Source: a virus | Direction: 5' to 3' (one strand) | Virus record (IMG/VR): IMGVR_UViG_3300045116_000678 | Location: 1-64,000 of that record | DNA length: 64,000 nt | In this document: positions 37,530 to 44,742 of the stretch, piece by piece | Numbering within the stretch: the stretch's first letter is position 1 | Layout: each line of letters begins with the position of its first letter | Notes under the pieces: generated by a model | Told to the model about the DNA's origin: nothing | Seen by the model: only the letters and a program-made list of their open reading frames with translations | The model's database searches: none | Position numbers and translations under genes: made by a program

Positions 37530-39116
37530 TCAAAGACGCCAATCAGGCGCCATTCCTTCTTCTTCGTCGGCCGTGGCGGTGGCCGAATCGAGCATCCCGA
37601 GTTCCTTGGCCTGAGCCCACTGTCGGAAGGCGTCCGCGCCCTCGCTGCAGAGGTTCCCCTTCTCGGGCTGGTCCACGAACCGGCTCTGCGCGCGATTGAA
37701 CTTCTTGCGGTAGCCATCCAGGCGCTGGATGCCCAGGGCGCAGGCCTTGCGGTCCAGGAAGGCGCCCTTCATGTGCTTGCGCGTCTGGTGGATGCCGGTC
37801 ATCAGCTCTGTGATGCGCGGCACGATCTCGAAGCGCTGGCCGGGCATCAGGTCGGCCAGCATTTCTTTCGTGCTGCGGTTGTAGTCGCCCAGGCGCTTGT
37901 GGTCAGCGTCGTGCGGCAGGAAGTGACGGCCGAAGACATAGCCGCGCTTCTGCAGCTCGGTGACGTAGTGCCGCAGGTCCTCGCCGCGGGCTTCGTAGTA
38001 GCCGATGAAGCGATCCTGGCCGCGCAGGTCCTGGTGGAACCACACCGCGCACCCGTCGCTGTTGCCGATGTCCCAGAAGGTGTTCACCGGCAGGTCCAGC
38101 ACCGGCACATCCGTGATGCCGCCGCGCTTGCGCAGCGCGGTCATGTCCTTGGCGTAGTAGTTCCCCTCGGTGCTGATCTGGAAGGCCTCGACCGGCGTCG
38201 ACGGGTACTCCTGCCACATCCGCTCCTCGCGCCCGGAGAAGTCGGCCTCCATCGTGGCGACATACCAAGCGCGCTGGTCGATGTCGATGGTGCAGTCCAT
38301 CTCGACCTCGACCCGATCGAAGTAGTCGTGCTGCTCCGTGGTGATCGCCACGGACCGCGAGTCCATGCGGTACTTCGGCTCCTGCCACCAAGCGTAGAAG
38401 TGGAACCGGTAGTCGCGCGGCGTGAGGGGCAGCTTGCCAGCGTGCGCAGCCTCGGCGCGCTGCACCATCTCGAAGAACTCGCCTTCCCTGCCCTCGGCCG
38501 TGCTCTCGATGACCAGGATGCCGTTGAGCGGCACGGCGGGGATGGAGCCGGTGACGACCTCGGCCGCCTTGTCGGGGAACTTGGCGCAGATCTTCCCGAA
38601 CTCGCTGACGTGCAGGCGGTGGATCGTGCCCGACCGCATGGACGTGGCGACGCGCACGCTGCTGTTGTTGTGCGCGAAAAGCAGTTCTGTCGCGCTGTCG
38701 CGTGCGAGAGGGAACCGCTCACGGATCTCGACTGGCAGGCTGTCGTAGGCGAACTTGACCTTGTCCCGGAAGATGACTTCGGCAGCCTCGCGGTCCTGGG
38801 CGATGATCCCGCAGCGCTGGTCGGAATTGAACAGGGCGTGGTCCAGCCAAAGGATCGCGATCAGGGTGGTGAAGCCCAGCTGCCGCGCCTTCAGGATCAG
38901 GTTCCGGTGCCACAGACGACGCACGAACCGCCGCTGAGCGCGGTTGGGCCGGAAGGGCATGACCATGGCGTCGTCGCCGTCGTCGTCGCCCTTCACCATG
39001 ATCTTGTAGAGGCAGCCGCTGAAGACGCGCCACTCCGGGTCCGCCAGGCAGCGCGCCAGCTCCGCGGCGTTGGTCGGCAGCGGAAGGAGCGGCTCGTCGT
39101 GCGTGATGGTGGTCAC
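37530..39116 (-). CDS. terL: Terminase large subunit
   Basis: ILKARQLGFTT Walker A, LHVSEFG Walker B, IESTAEG, FWDIG nuclease motif. Confidence 0.95.
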   Translation of the reverse strand: MTTITHDEPLLPLPTNAAELARCLADPEWRVFSGCLYKIMVKGDDDGDDAMVMPFRPNRAQRRFVRRLWHRNLILKARQLGFTTLIAILWLDHALFNSDQRCGIIAQDREAAEVIFRDKVKFAYDSLPVEIRERFPLARDSATELLFAHNNSSVRVATSMRSGTIHRLHVSEFGKICAKFPDKAAEVVTGSIPAVPLNGILVIESTAEGREGEFFEMVQRAEAAHAGKLPLTPRDYRFHFYAWWQEPKYRMDSRSVAITTEQHDYFDRVEVEMDCTIDIDQRAWYVATMEADFSGREERMWQEYPSTPVEAFQISTEGNYYAKDMTALRKRGGITDVPVLDLPVNTFWDIGNSDGCAVWFHQDLRGQDRFIGYYEARGEDLRHYVTELQKRGYVFGRHFLPHDADHKRLGDYNRSTKEMLADLMPGQRFEIVPRITELMTGIHQTRKHMKGAFLDRKACALGIQRLDGYRKKFNRAQSRFVDQPEKGNLCSEGADAFRQWAQAKELGMLDSATATADEEEGMAPDWRL

Positions 39117-40051
39117 GGCGGATCCTTGCGACCCGTGTCGTGTTCGGGATCCTGGGCGACCGGCTTGAAGCCGTTCGATGTGCCGCCGGCGATTGCGTGC
39201 AGCAGGCTGGCCAGCGGGTCGACGCGCTGCTGGTTGTCCTTCTCGTACAGCCCGAGGTGCTTCGCCAGCTTCTCGATGGCGTCCAGCTTGGAGTGCATCT
39301 TGACCTCAATGCCCTCCTTGGTCTGCTTGACGCCGGCGTACAGAGCCAGCGCGGCCGGAGACAGGCGGCGGGTGTCGCACACGAAGGTCTGCCCGAAGCC
39401 CTTGCCGAAGCAATGCGGGCATCCGGGGTGCGGAGCGCGATGCGGGTTGAAGCCGATGCCGCCTTTCGGGTCGAATTCCTCAGGCCCCTTGTTCTCCTTC
39501 ATCAGGCGCATCTGGTCGGCAGCGAACTCTTCTGCGGTGCGCTGGTAGCCGAAGCCCTCGCCGTGGCAGTGCCGGCAACAGCCCACCACGTATTCCACCA
39601 GCTCGCGAGCGTCAGCCGTGGCGATCAGCGCCAGCTCTCGGACCACGCGGTCCGCAGTGATGTGCGTGCGCTCCTGCTGCTGCTGCCGGGCCTCAGCGAT
39701 GGCAGCCTGGATGTACGGTTTTGACAGGTTCTCCGACGCCATCTGGCGGGCCGACTCTGTGCTGTATCCGGCCCGCTCGGCCGCCTTGGTGGCATTCAGG
39801 TCCACCAGGTACTCGTCCACAAACCGCTGCTGTTTGGGCGTGAGGGCCACAGGCGCCGTTGGCTGCGTGCTATCGATTTCGGAGCGCTTCGCGACCTTCT
39901 TCGCTGCTGGCTTCGCCTTCGCCTCGACCACCGCTGCCGGATTCGGCTTCTTGCGCGCGAGCACGACCGCTGCCTTCTTGGGGGCGGCGGTGGGCTTGGT
40001 GGTCTTCTTGGGAGGAGGCGCCGGCTTCTTGGCCGGCTTGCGGGTTGCCAT
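39113..40051 (-). CDS. terS: Terminase small subunit with Cys (Zn-binding) insertion
   Basis: LTPKQQRFVDEYLVDLNATKAAERAGYS; CCRHCHG...CPHCFG; KLAKHLGL. Confidence 0.9.
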   Translation of the reverse strand: MATRKPAKKPAPPPKKTTKPTAAPKKAAVVLARKKPNPAAVVEAKAKPAAKKVAKRSEIDSTQPTAPVALTPKQQRFVDEYLVDLNATKAAERAGYSTESARQMASENLSKPYIQAAIAEARQQQQERTHITADRVVRELALIATADARELVEYVVGCCRHCHGEGFGYQRTAEEFAADQMRLMKENKGPEEFDPKGGIGFNPHRAPHPGCPHCFGKGFGQTFVCDTRRLSPAALALYAGVKQTKEGIEVKMHSKLDAIEKLAKHLGLYEKDNQQRVDPLASLLHAIAGGTSNGFKPVAQDPEHDTGRKDPP

Positions 40052-40059
40052 GGCGCGCG

Positions 40060-40100
40060 AGTGTTCCTGCACCTTCACCCACGGTCGAACCCTATAGGGG
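40060..40100 (-). promoter_or_regulatory. Late promoter copy 7
   Basis: Motif 40087-40100; -10 AACACT 40060-40065; 8 nt to ATG 40051. Confidence 0.8.
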
Positions 40101-40128
40101 GCGGCAGGCTGTCCGGCAAAATCGACCC

Positions 40129-40716
40129 ATGAAAGTGCTGCAGTCGTTTCTCATGGCGGTCGCCGTTGCTTCGTACGTCCCTGCCTATGCAGCCGAAGAC
40201 GCTGAAGCCCTGAAAGCGCTGGTCGACCGGCAGAACAGCATCTGCAGAGGTGGCGCCGGCGGCGACCAGACCAAGATGGAGGCAGCCTGCGATGAGCGCG
40301 GCCGCAACATGGCGCGGCTCGAGCGCATGGGGTGGTGCTGGGGCCCGGCTGACCAGCCCGGCTACCTGCAGAAGTGGATACGCTGCCCCGGGCAAGCGGG
40401 TGCTCAAGCGCGGCAGCAGGGCGAGAGCCAGTCCTCCGACGACGCGCGGCTCGTCAGCTGCGCGAAGCAAGCGACGCTGCTACAAGACATCGCGAGGTGG
40501 CGAGATGCTGGCGTGCCGGCTGATAGCGGCCGCGCGTTCCAGCGTGCGATGGCCAGGGCCGCCTATTTGGAACTGCCCAAGGCATTCACGGACAGGCTGG
40601 GCGGGCTGTACGGTGACATCCACCACGGCCGCATGCTCGGGATGACCCCGAACGAGATTCTGGCGGATTGGACCGTGAAGTGCCGCAGCGCGGCTTCACT
40701 GCGGAAGCCTGCATAG
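40129..40716 (+). CDS. Secreted/periplasmic Cys-containing protein (moron)
   Basis: Signal peptide MKVLQSFLMAVAVASYVPAYA; CRGG...C...GWCWG. Confidence 0.7.
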   Translation: MKVLQSFLMAVAVASYVPAYAAEDAEALKALVDRQNSICRGGAGGDQTKMEAACDERGRNMARLERMGWCWGPADQPGYLQKWIRCPGQAGAQARQQGESQSSDDARLVSCAKQATLLQDIARWRDAGVPADSGRAFQRAMARAAYLELPKAFTDRLGGLYGDIHHGRMLGMTPNEILADWTVKCRSAASLRKPA

Positions 40717-40735
40717 TAGTAGCAACTGCCGAGAC

Positions 40736-40983
40736 AAAGAAAGCCCGCCAGGCGCAGGCCCGGCGGGCGAATCACGCGAGACAGGATCGCGCGAGGAGAC
40801 ATCTGGCCGGCGCAGGCGCCGGGGTACGGCCAATCCGACTACGTGCGCAGTGCACGCTTGGCCGTGCGGTTCTCATCCCGCCCTGCATCCCCCGGGATGA
40901 GCGAGGGGTAATGATGGAGTGGCTTGCCCCCCACTCCCGCGCCAGGGCTGGCACTCAACTCGGGGACCGTCGTTGCCGACCGA
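40736..40983 (-). ncRNA. Putative ~250-nt structured late ncRNA ending in a toxic-sRNA-like double hairpin and terminator
   Basis: Bounded by promoter copy 8 and terminator GCCCGCC...GGCGGGC-TTTCTTT; at least 6 hairpins; no convincing ORF. Confidence 0.55.
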
Positions 40984-41332
40984 GCCCTGATAGTCGCCGC
41001 GCTGGGTGTTGAGCCGAACCCCTACAGGGGGCCGACAAGGTGGCTGGGGATGTCCGGCCGAAGCGCGCAGCCACGATGGCGCGGCCCACGGCCATGCGCA
41101 TGGTCTGGCCCTCGATCCACGGCCCGGCTGGGATGCTGGCGCCAGGCCGGCCGACGACCACTGCGCACCAGATCCAGTCTTTCCCGGGCATGGGTGCCGC
41201 CTGGATGGCTAGGCGTTCCATCACCATGTCGATGTCGGGCCAGCGGGTGAGGTACTGGGTGCCGGCCGGCGCGTCCAAGGCCTGGGCGATCAGGGCTTCG
41301 AGGGTCTTGCTGGGGAGCTCGGAGACTTGCAC
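40955..41332 (-). CDS. NinX-like phage protein
   Basis: VSEL...LEALIAQAL...YLTRWPD...G.T..MAVGRAIVAARFG. Confidence 0.6.
   Translation of the reverse strand: MQVSELPSKTLEALIAQALDAPAGTQYLTRWPDIDMVMERLAIQAAPMPGKDWIWCAVVVGRPGASIPAGPWIEGQTMRMAVGRAIVAARFGRTSPATLSAPCRGSAQHPARRLSGLGRQRRSPS
40990..41030 (-). promoter_or_regulatory. Late promoter copy 8
   Basis: Motif 41017-41030; -10 GACTAT 40990-40995. Confidence 0.75.
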
Positions 41333-41355
41333 CTGCCGATTCTCTCCCGCGTGCC

Positions 41356-41433
41356 TGGTGCCGCCACCACGGATTCGAACCTGGGGCCCTTCCCTTACAG
41401 GGGGAACGCTCTACCGGACTGAGCTATGACGGC
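41356..41433 (-). tRNA. tRNA-Thr(TGT), atypical (C33, bulged T-stem)
   Basis: GCCGTCA acceptor, GCTC/GAGC D-arm, TTCCC-CCTGTAA-GGGAA, TTCGAAT T-loop, encoded CCA. Confidence 0.8.
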
Positions 41434-41440
41434 TGTGGAG

Positions 41441-41555
41441 TGATGGTGGCCGGTGCTGATCCCCGGCGCGGCTTCTGCAGGTCGGAGCGAATCACGCCTT
41501 GCGATCCATGCCGCCCCTCTCCGCATCGGGGCGCCCAGCATGCGCGTTCACCATC
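41441..41555 (-). ncRNA. tRNA-like cloverleaf RNA without a canonical anticodon arm
   Basis: 7-bp GATGGTG/CACCATC stem, GCGC/GCGC D-like arm, GCCGG-GGATCAGCA-CCGGC T-like arm. Confidence 0.6.
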
Positions 41556-41724
41556 GTGTCGAGGCACTGTGCGCTCCCCCAGGAACCCCCGGCGGCAATG
41601 CCTCGGCATGATGGCGCCCCGTCTTCCCGGGGCGCCAGCGCTGTTTTGCATCACGCCCGGGCAACTGGCCCAGTCTCAACGCTCTGCATGGGCCTCACCC
41701 CAACCGGGGCATTTGCCGCGCCTT

Positions 41725-41810
41725 CCCTCGCAATGGGTGCCGGTTGCCGCCCGGCGCCGTCGCAGGTGTCCACGTTGGGGTCTGCGGCAGCGGCTTACCC
41801 CTTGCGAGGG
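41725..41810 (-). ncRNA. Three-way-junction RNA with T-arm-like hairpin
   Basis: CCCTCGCAA-G-GGGT pairs with ACCC-A-TTGCGAGGG; GCCGG-GCGGCAA-CCGGC abuts the closing stem. Confidence 0.5.
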
Positions 41811-41829
41811 CGCTCTCTCTACGGTTGTC

Positions 41830-41906
41830 TGGTTGCGGGAACCGGACTTGAACCGGCGGCCTCCGGGGTATGAGCCCGGCGCTCTAACCAACTGAGCTAG
41901 CCCGCG
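41830..41906 (-). tRNA. tRNA-Met(CAT), initiator (fMet)-like
   Basis: C1xA72 mismatch, three G:C pairs in the anticodon stem, loop CTCATAC, TTCAAGT T-loop, encoded CCA. Confidence 0.85.
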
Positions 41907-42429
41907 GCGCGAAGTCTCCAGCGTTGGCGGCCGCCTTCACAGCCCTACAGGGGGTGCCGAACAGCTGCCCCTGCTCCGGGTCGACCTTCTCGGCAAGGGC
42001 CTGCACCTGGCGGCGCAGTCGGAGGATCTCCTGCGCTTGCTCCGCGGCGATGGTGGCCATGTTGCGGCCCGTCTCGATCGCGGCAGCCTGCGCGGCGGCG
42101 CCGGCCTGCAGGTTGGCCAGCATGCGGTCCTCCCGCGGCGTCAGGTTCAGCACCTCGTCGCCGATTTCGAGCTTCACCATGCCATCCGGCATGACGGTCT
42201 TGCTCATCGGCCGCGCCGGCGGGTGCCGCGGTGCCGGCACGTAGACGCCGCGCTGCACCCGCAGGATGGCTCCATCGTCGGCCAGGGTGCCGAGGCGGTC
42301 ATCGATCACCGTGAGCTTGAGTCCAGTGAGCCCGGCGAGCGTCTCCCGGGTCACGATCTGTTCCTGGGCGTGCAGATCCTGCACGGCCTCCATAACCAGG
42401 GCGGTGGTCGATTTGCGGGTGTCAGCCAT
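41884..42429 (-). CDS. Winged-helix DNA-binding protein; candidate late-gene activator
   Basis: ATG 42429 with GAGGAG SD; VTRETLAGLTGLKLTVIDDRLGTL..DG.ILRVQRGVY; last early gene. Confidence 0.65.
   Translation of the reverse strand: MADTRKSTTALVMEAVQDLHAQEQIVTRETLAGLTGLKLTVIDDRLGTLADDGAILRVQRGVYVPAPRHPPARPMSKTVMPDGMVKLEIGDEVLNLTPREDRMLANLQAGAAAQAAAIETGRNMATIAAEQAQEILRLRRQVQALAEKVDPEQGQLFGTPCRAVKAAANAGDFAPRASSVG
41913..41953 (-). promoter_or_regulatory. Late promoter copy 9 (drives the tRNA/ncRNA array)
   Basis: Motif 41940-41953; -10 GAGACT 41913-41918; 6 nt to the tRNA 5' end. Confidence 0.75.
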
Positions 42430-42967
42430 CGTTCTCTCCTCGTTGAATCCTGTCCAGTGCCCACTGGGCGGCGTTCCGGTCCCGAGCGGGGCGCTCGGGG
42501 TCGTTCGCGATCTTGTGCCACACGCCCCGCTGGCGCGCGTGTGCCTCCTCGAAGGCCTGCGCCTTCTGCTCGAGCGTTGCGTTGTAGCTGCTGTCCAGCC
42601 AGGTGTGGCAACGCGCGCAGGCCCACACGCTGTACTGGTCGTCAGCCTTCCGGGCGCCTGCCTTGCCGTGAACCTGCAGGTTCGAGTGCGCGGCAACAGT
42701 GGTCTGACGGTCGTCGTTGCACACCCCAGGAACGCGCAGCAGGCAAGGCGCGTCGCGCGCAAGGTGGAGCAGCGCGCGGTTTCGCTGGGCCTCCGTCTTG
42801 GGCAGCGCACCTGCGAAGTCGCCGTCGTTGATCGCCACCATGCGCACGATGCGGCCGGGCACGGCGGCAATAGCTATCATTTTCATAGCTGACCGATCAG
42901 GCCGGGCGGGCGCCGCGGGCTGATTCCGCTTCCACTCCGACCGCCGCAGCGGAGCACTGCGCTTCAT
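42422..42967 (-). CDS. DUF1364/YbcO-like Zn-binding nuclease
   Basis: CLLRVPGVC...TTVAAHSN...KADD...ACARCH. Confidence 0.8.
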   Translation of the reverse strand: MKRSAPLRRSEWKRNQPAAPARPDRSAMKMIAIAAVPGRIVRMVAINDGDFAGALPKTEAQRNRALLHLARDAPCLLRVPGVCNDDRQTTVAAHSNLQVHGKAGARKADDQYSVWACARCHTWLDSSYNATLEQKAQAFEEAHARQRGVWHKIANDPERPARDRNAAQWALDRIQRGENDG

Positions 42968-44742
42968 GCTGGCAGTGCCTCCAGGCCTTCCGGTGCGATG
43001 TCGGCCACCTGCTCTTCGGCGGGCGGCGCCACGCCGCGCTTGACCAGGAACTCGCGAGCAAGGCGGCGCAGGTGCCCTTCCCCGGTCTCGATGCGCTCAG
43101 CGAGCGCCGTGTCCGGGTTCCGCACGTTCTCGATCTGCTCCCGCTTCACGCCGAGCACCTCGGCCATGATCGGGTCGGCGCCGCTGTCCGACAGCAGGAA
43201 GTACGCGGCGCAGTGGTCTTCCTGCCCGTCGCGGTGCAGCCGGCCCATGCACTGCTCGTGCACCCCCGGACTCCAGTCGAGCTCGCCGAAGACGGCGATG
43301 CGCGCGTAGCCCTGCAACCCGTCGACGCCGGCGCCGGAGCGCAGCGACATCATCAGGACGCGCGACTCGCCGGACAGGAACTGCCGCACCGCCTCATCCT
43401 TCTGGGCGGCCGACTCGCTGCCTGTGTACAGCACTGGCTCGTACTCGGCCAGCGCTTCGGCCCAGATGTCATAGACGGCGCGGTGCCAGCCGAACAGGAC
43501 GACGGGCTCGCCGCTCTCCAGCAGCAGCTTCACGAACTCGGCCACGTACGGCGCCTTCGCGATGCCGGTGGCCTGGCGCATCAGGGCATCGAACTCGCCC
43601 GCGGCCTGCATCTTCTGGCCGCGGTGCGACTCGCCGGCCTGCAGCACGATGCGCGCGAGCGCCACAGCGTCGCTCTTCAGGGCCTCCAGCGCCTTCTCGT
43701 CGGCGTCGATCTCGTGGATGATCTTCTCCAGCGGCGGGAGCTCGCGGCCGACGTCGGCGCGCGTGCGGCGCAGCATCAGGCCCTCGCGCCGCAGGTAGGC
43801 GCCGAATTCCTTGGCGTCGTCCAGGCGCGAGTTTCCGCCGGGCGCCGGCGCGCACCATTCGCGGATGAACTCGTCGTGCTCGCCAAGTGCGCCCGGGCAC
43901 ACCACGTCCAGCACGTTGAAGAACTCGCTGCCGTAGTTGTAGATGGGGGTGGCGCTCAGGACGATGCGCTTCTTCGCCCGCTCGGCCACGTATTTGCACG
44001 CGATGTAGATGGCGCTGCCGCTGCTGCGAAGCTGCTGCCCCTCATCGAACACCACGAACTGCACCTTGCCGGCCAGCTCGTCCGCCCAGCCACGCAGCTT
44101 GTGGTAGCTGGTGACGATCACGTCGGGGAGCATCGGCGGCAGCAGTTCTTGCTGCGCGGCGGGTTGCTTGCCTCGACCCTTGGGCGTCAGGTCGTAGGGC
44201 GTGCCCTTCTTCAGGATGTGCACGTTGAGGTGCGGCGCGAAGCGCTGCAGCATCTTCTTCCACTGGCGCGGCAGGTGCGCCGGGCATACGACCAGCGCAG
44301 GAAGGCGCCCCGGCTGGACAATCGCGGCGATCGCCGACACGGTCTTGCCCAAGCCGACGTCGTCGGCCAGGATGTAGCCGTCACGGACGTCGAGCATCTG
44401 CGCCGCCAGGACCTGGTATTCCCGTGCGGGCTCGGCCAGCGGCAGCGCCGGCGCGGCGACATAGCCAGCGAGCAGCTCGGCCAGGGCCTTCTCCGCCGCC
44501 TTGTGACGCTCGGTCAGGCCCGCGAGGATGTCTGGCCGGTCGACCTCCATCGGGAACCGGTCCAGAAACCACGCCAGCTCCCGCGTGTTCTCCGCGGATG
44601 CCGACAGGTGGATGTGCTCGCCGGCCACCTGGGGCGCGCGCGGGAATACGCGCTTCAGGCGCGTGCGCACGTGCGGCTCGCAGGTGATGCGCCACCGCTC
44701 AAGGGCGGGGACGTAGGTCACGGTGCCATAGGTCTTGCTCAA
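42964..44742 (-). CDS. SNF2-family helicase/ATPase
   Basis: LADDVGLGKT, VFDEGQ, LSATPIYN, ELDWSPGVHEQCMGRLHRDGQ; TTG start overlapping upstream stop. Confidence 0.9.
   Translation of the reverse strand: MSKTYGTVTYVPALERWRITCEPHVRTRLKRVFPRAPQVAGEHIHLSASAENTRELAWFLDRFPMEVDRPDILAGLTERHKAAEKALAELLAGYVAAPALPLAEPAREYQVLAAQMLDVRDGYILADDVGLGKTVSAIAAIVQPGRLPALVVCPAHLPRQWKKMLQRFAPHLNVHILKKGTPYDLTPKGRGKQPAAQQELLPPMLPDVIVTSYHKLRGWADELAGKVQFVVFDEGQQLRSSGSAIYIACKYVAERAKKRIVLSATPIYNYGSEFFNVLDVVCPGALGEHDEFIREWCAPAPGGNSRLDDAKEFGAYLRREGLMLRRTRADVGRELPPLEKIIHEIDADEKALEALKSDAVALARIVLQAGESHRGQKMQAAGEFDALMRQATGIAKAPYVAEFVKLLLESGEPVVLFGWHRAVYDIWAEALAEYEPVLYTGSESAAQKDEAVRQFLSGESRVLMMSLRSGAGVDGLQGYARIAVFGELDWSPGVHEQCMGRLHRDGQEDHCAAYFLLSDSGADPIMAEVLGVKREQIENVRNPDTALAERIETGEGHLRRLAREFLVKRGVAPPAEEQVADIAPEGLEALPA

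Noticed and set aside
40720-40731. TAGCAACTGCCG as an extra CI operator
   Set aside because: The right half-site is broken and it lies at a gene end with no evident promoter.
40736-40983. phi29-type prohead RNA
   Set aside because: The phage has a TerS/TerL system and no pRNA features are recognisable; kept only as an unassigned ncRNA.
41392-41404. CCCTTACAGGGGG in tRNA-Thr as a tenth late-promoter box
   Set aside because: It has an extra T, lacks GAA, and is explained by the anticodon stem-loop.
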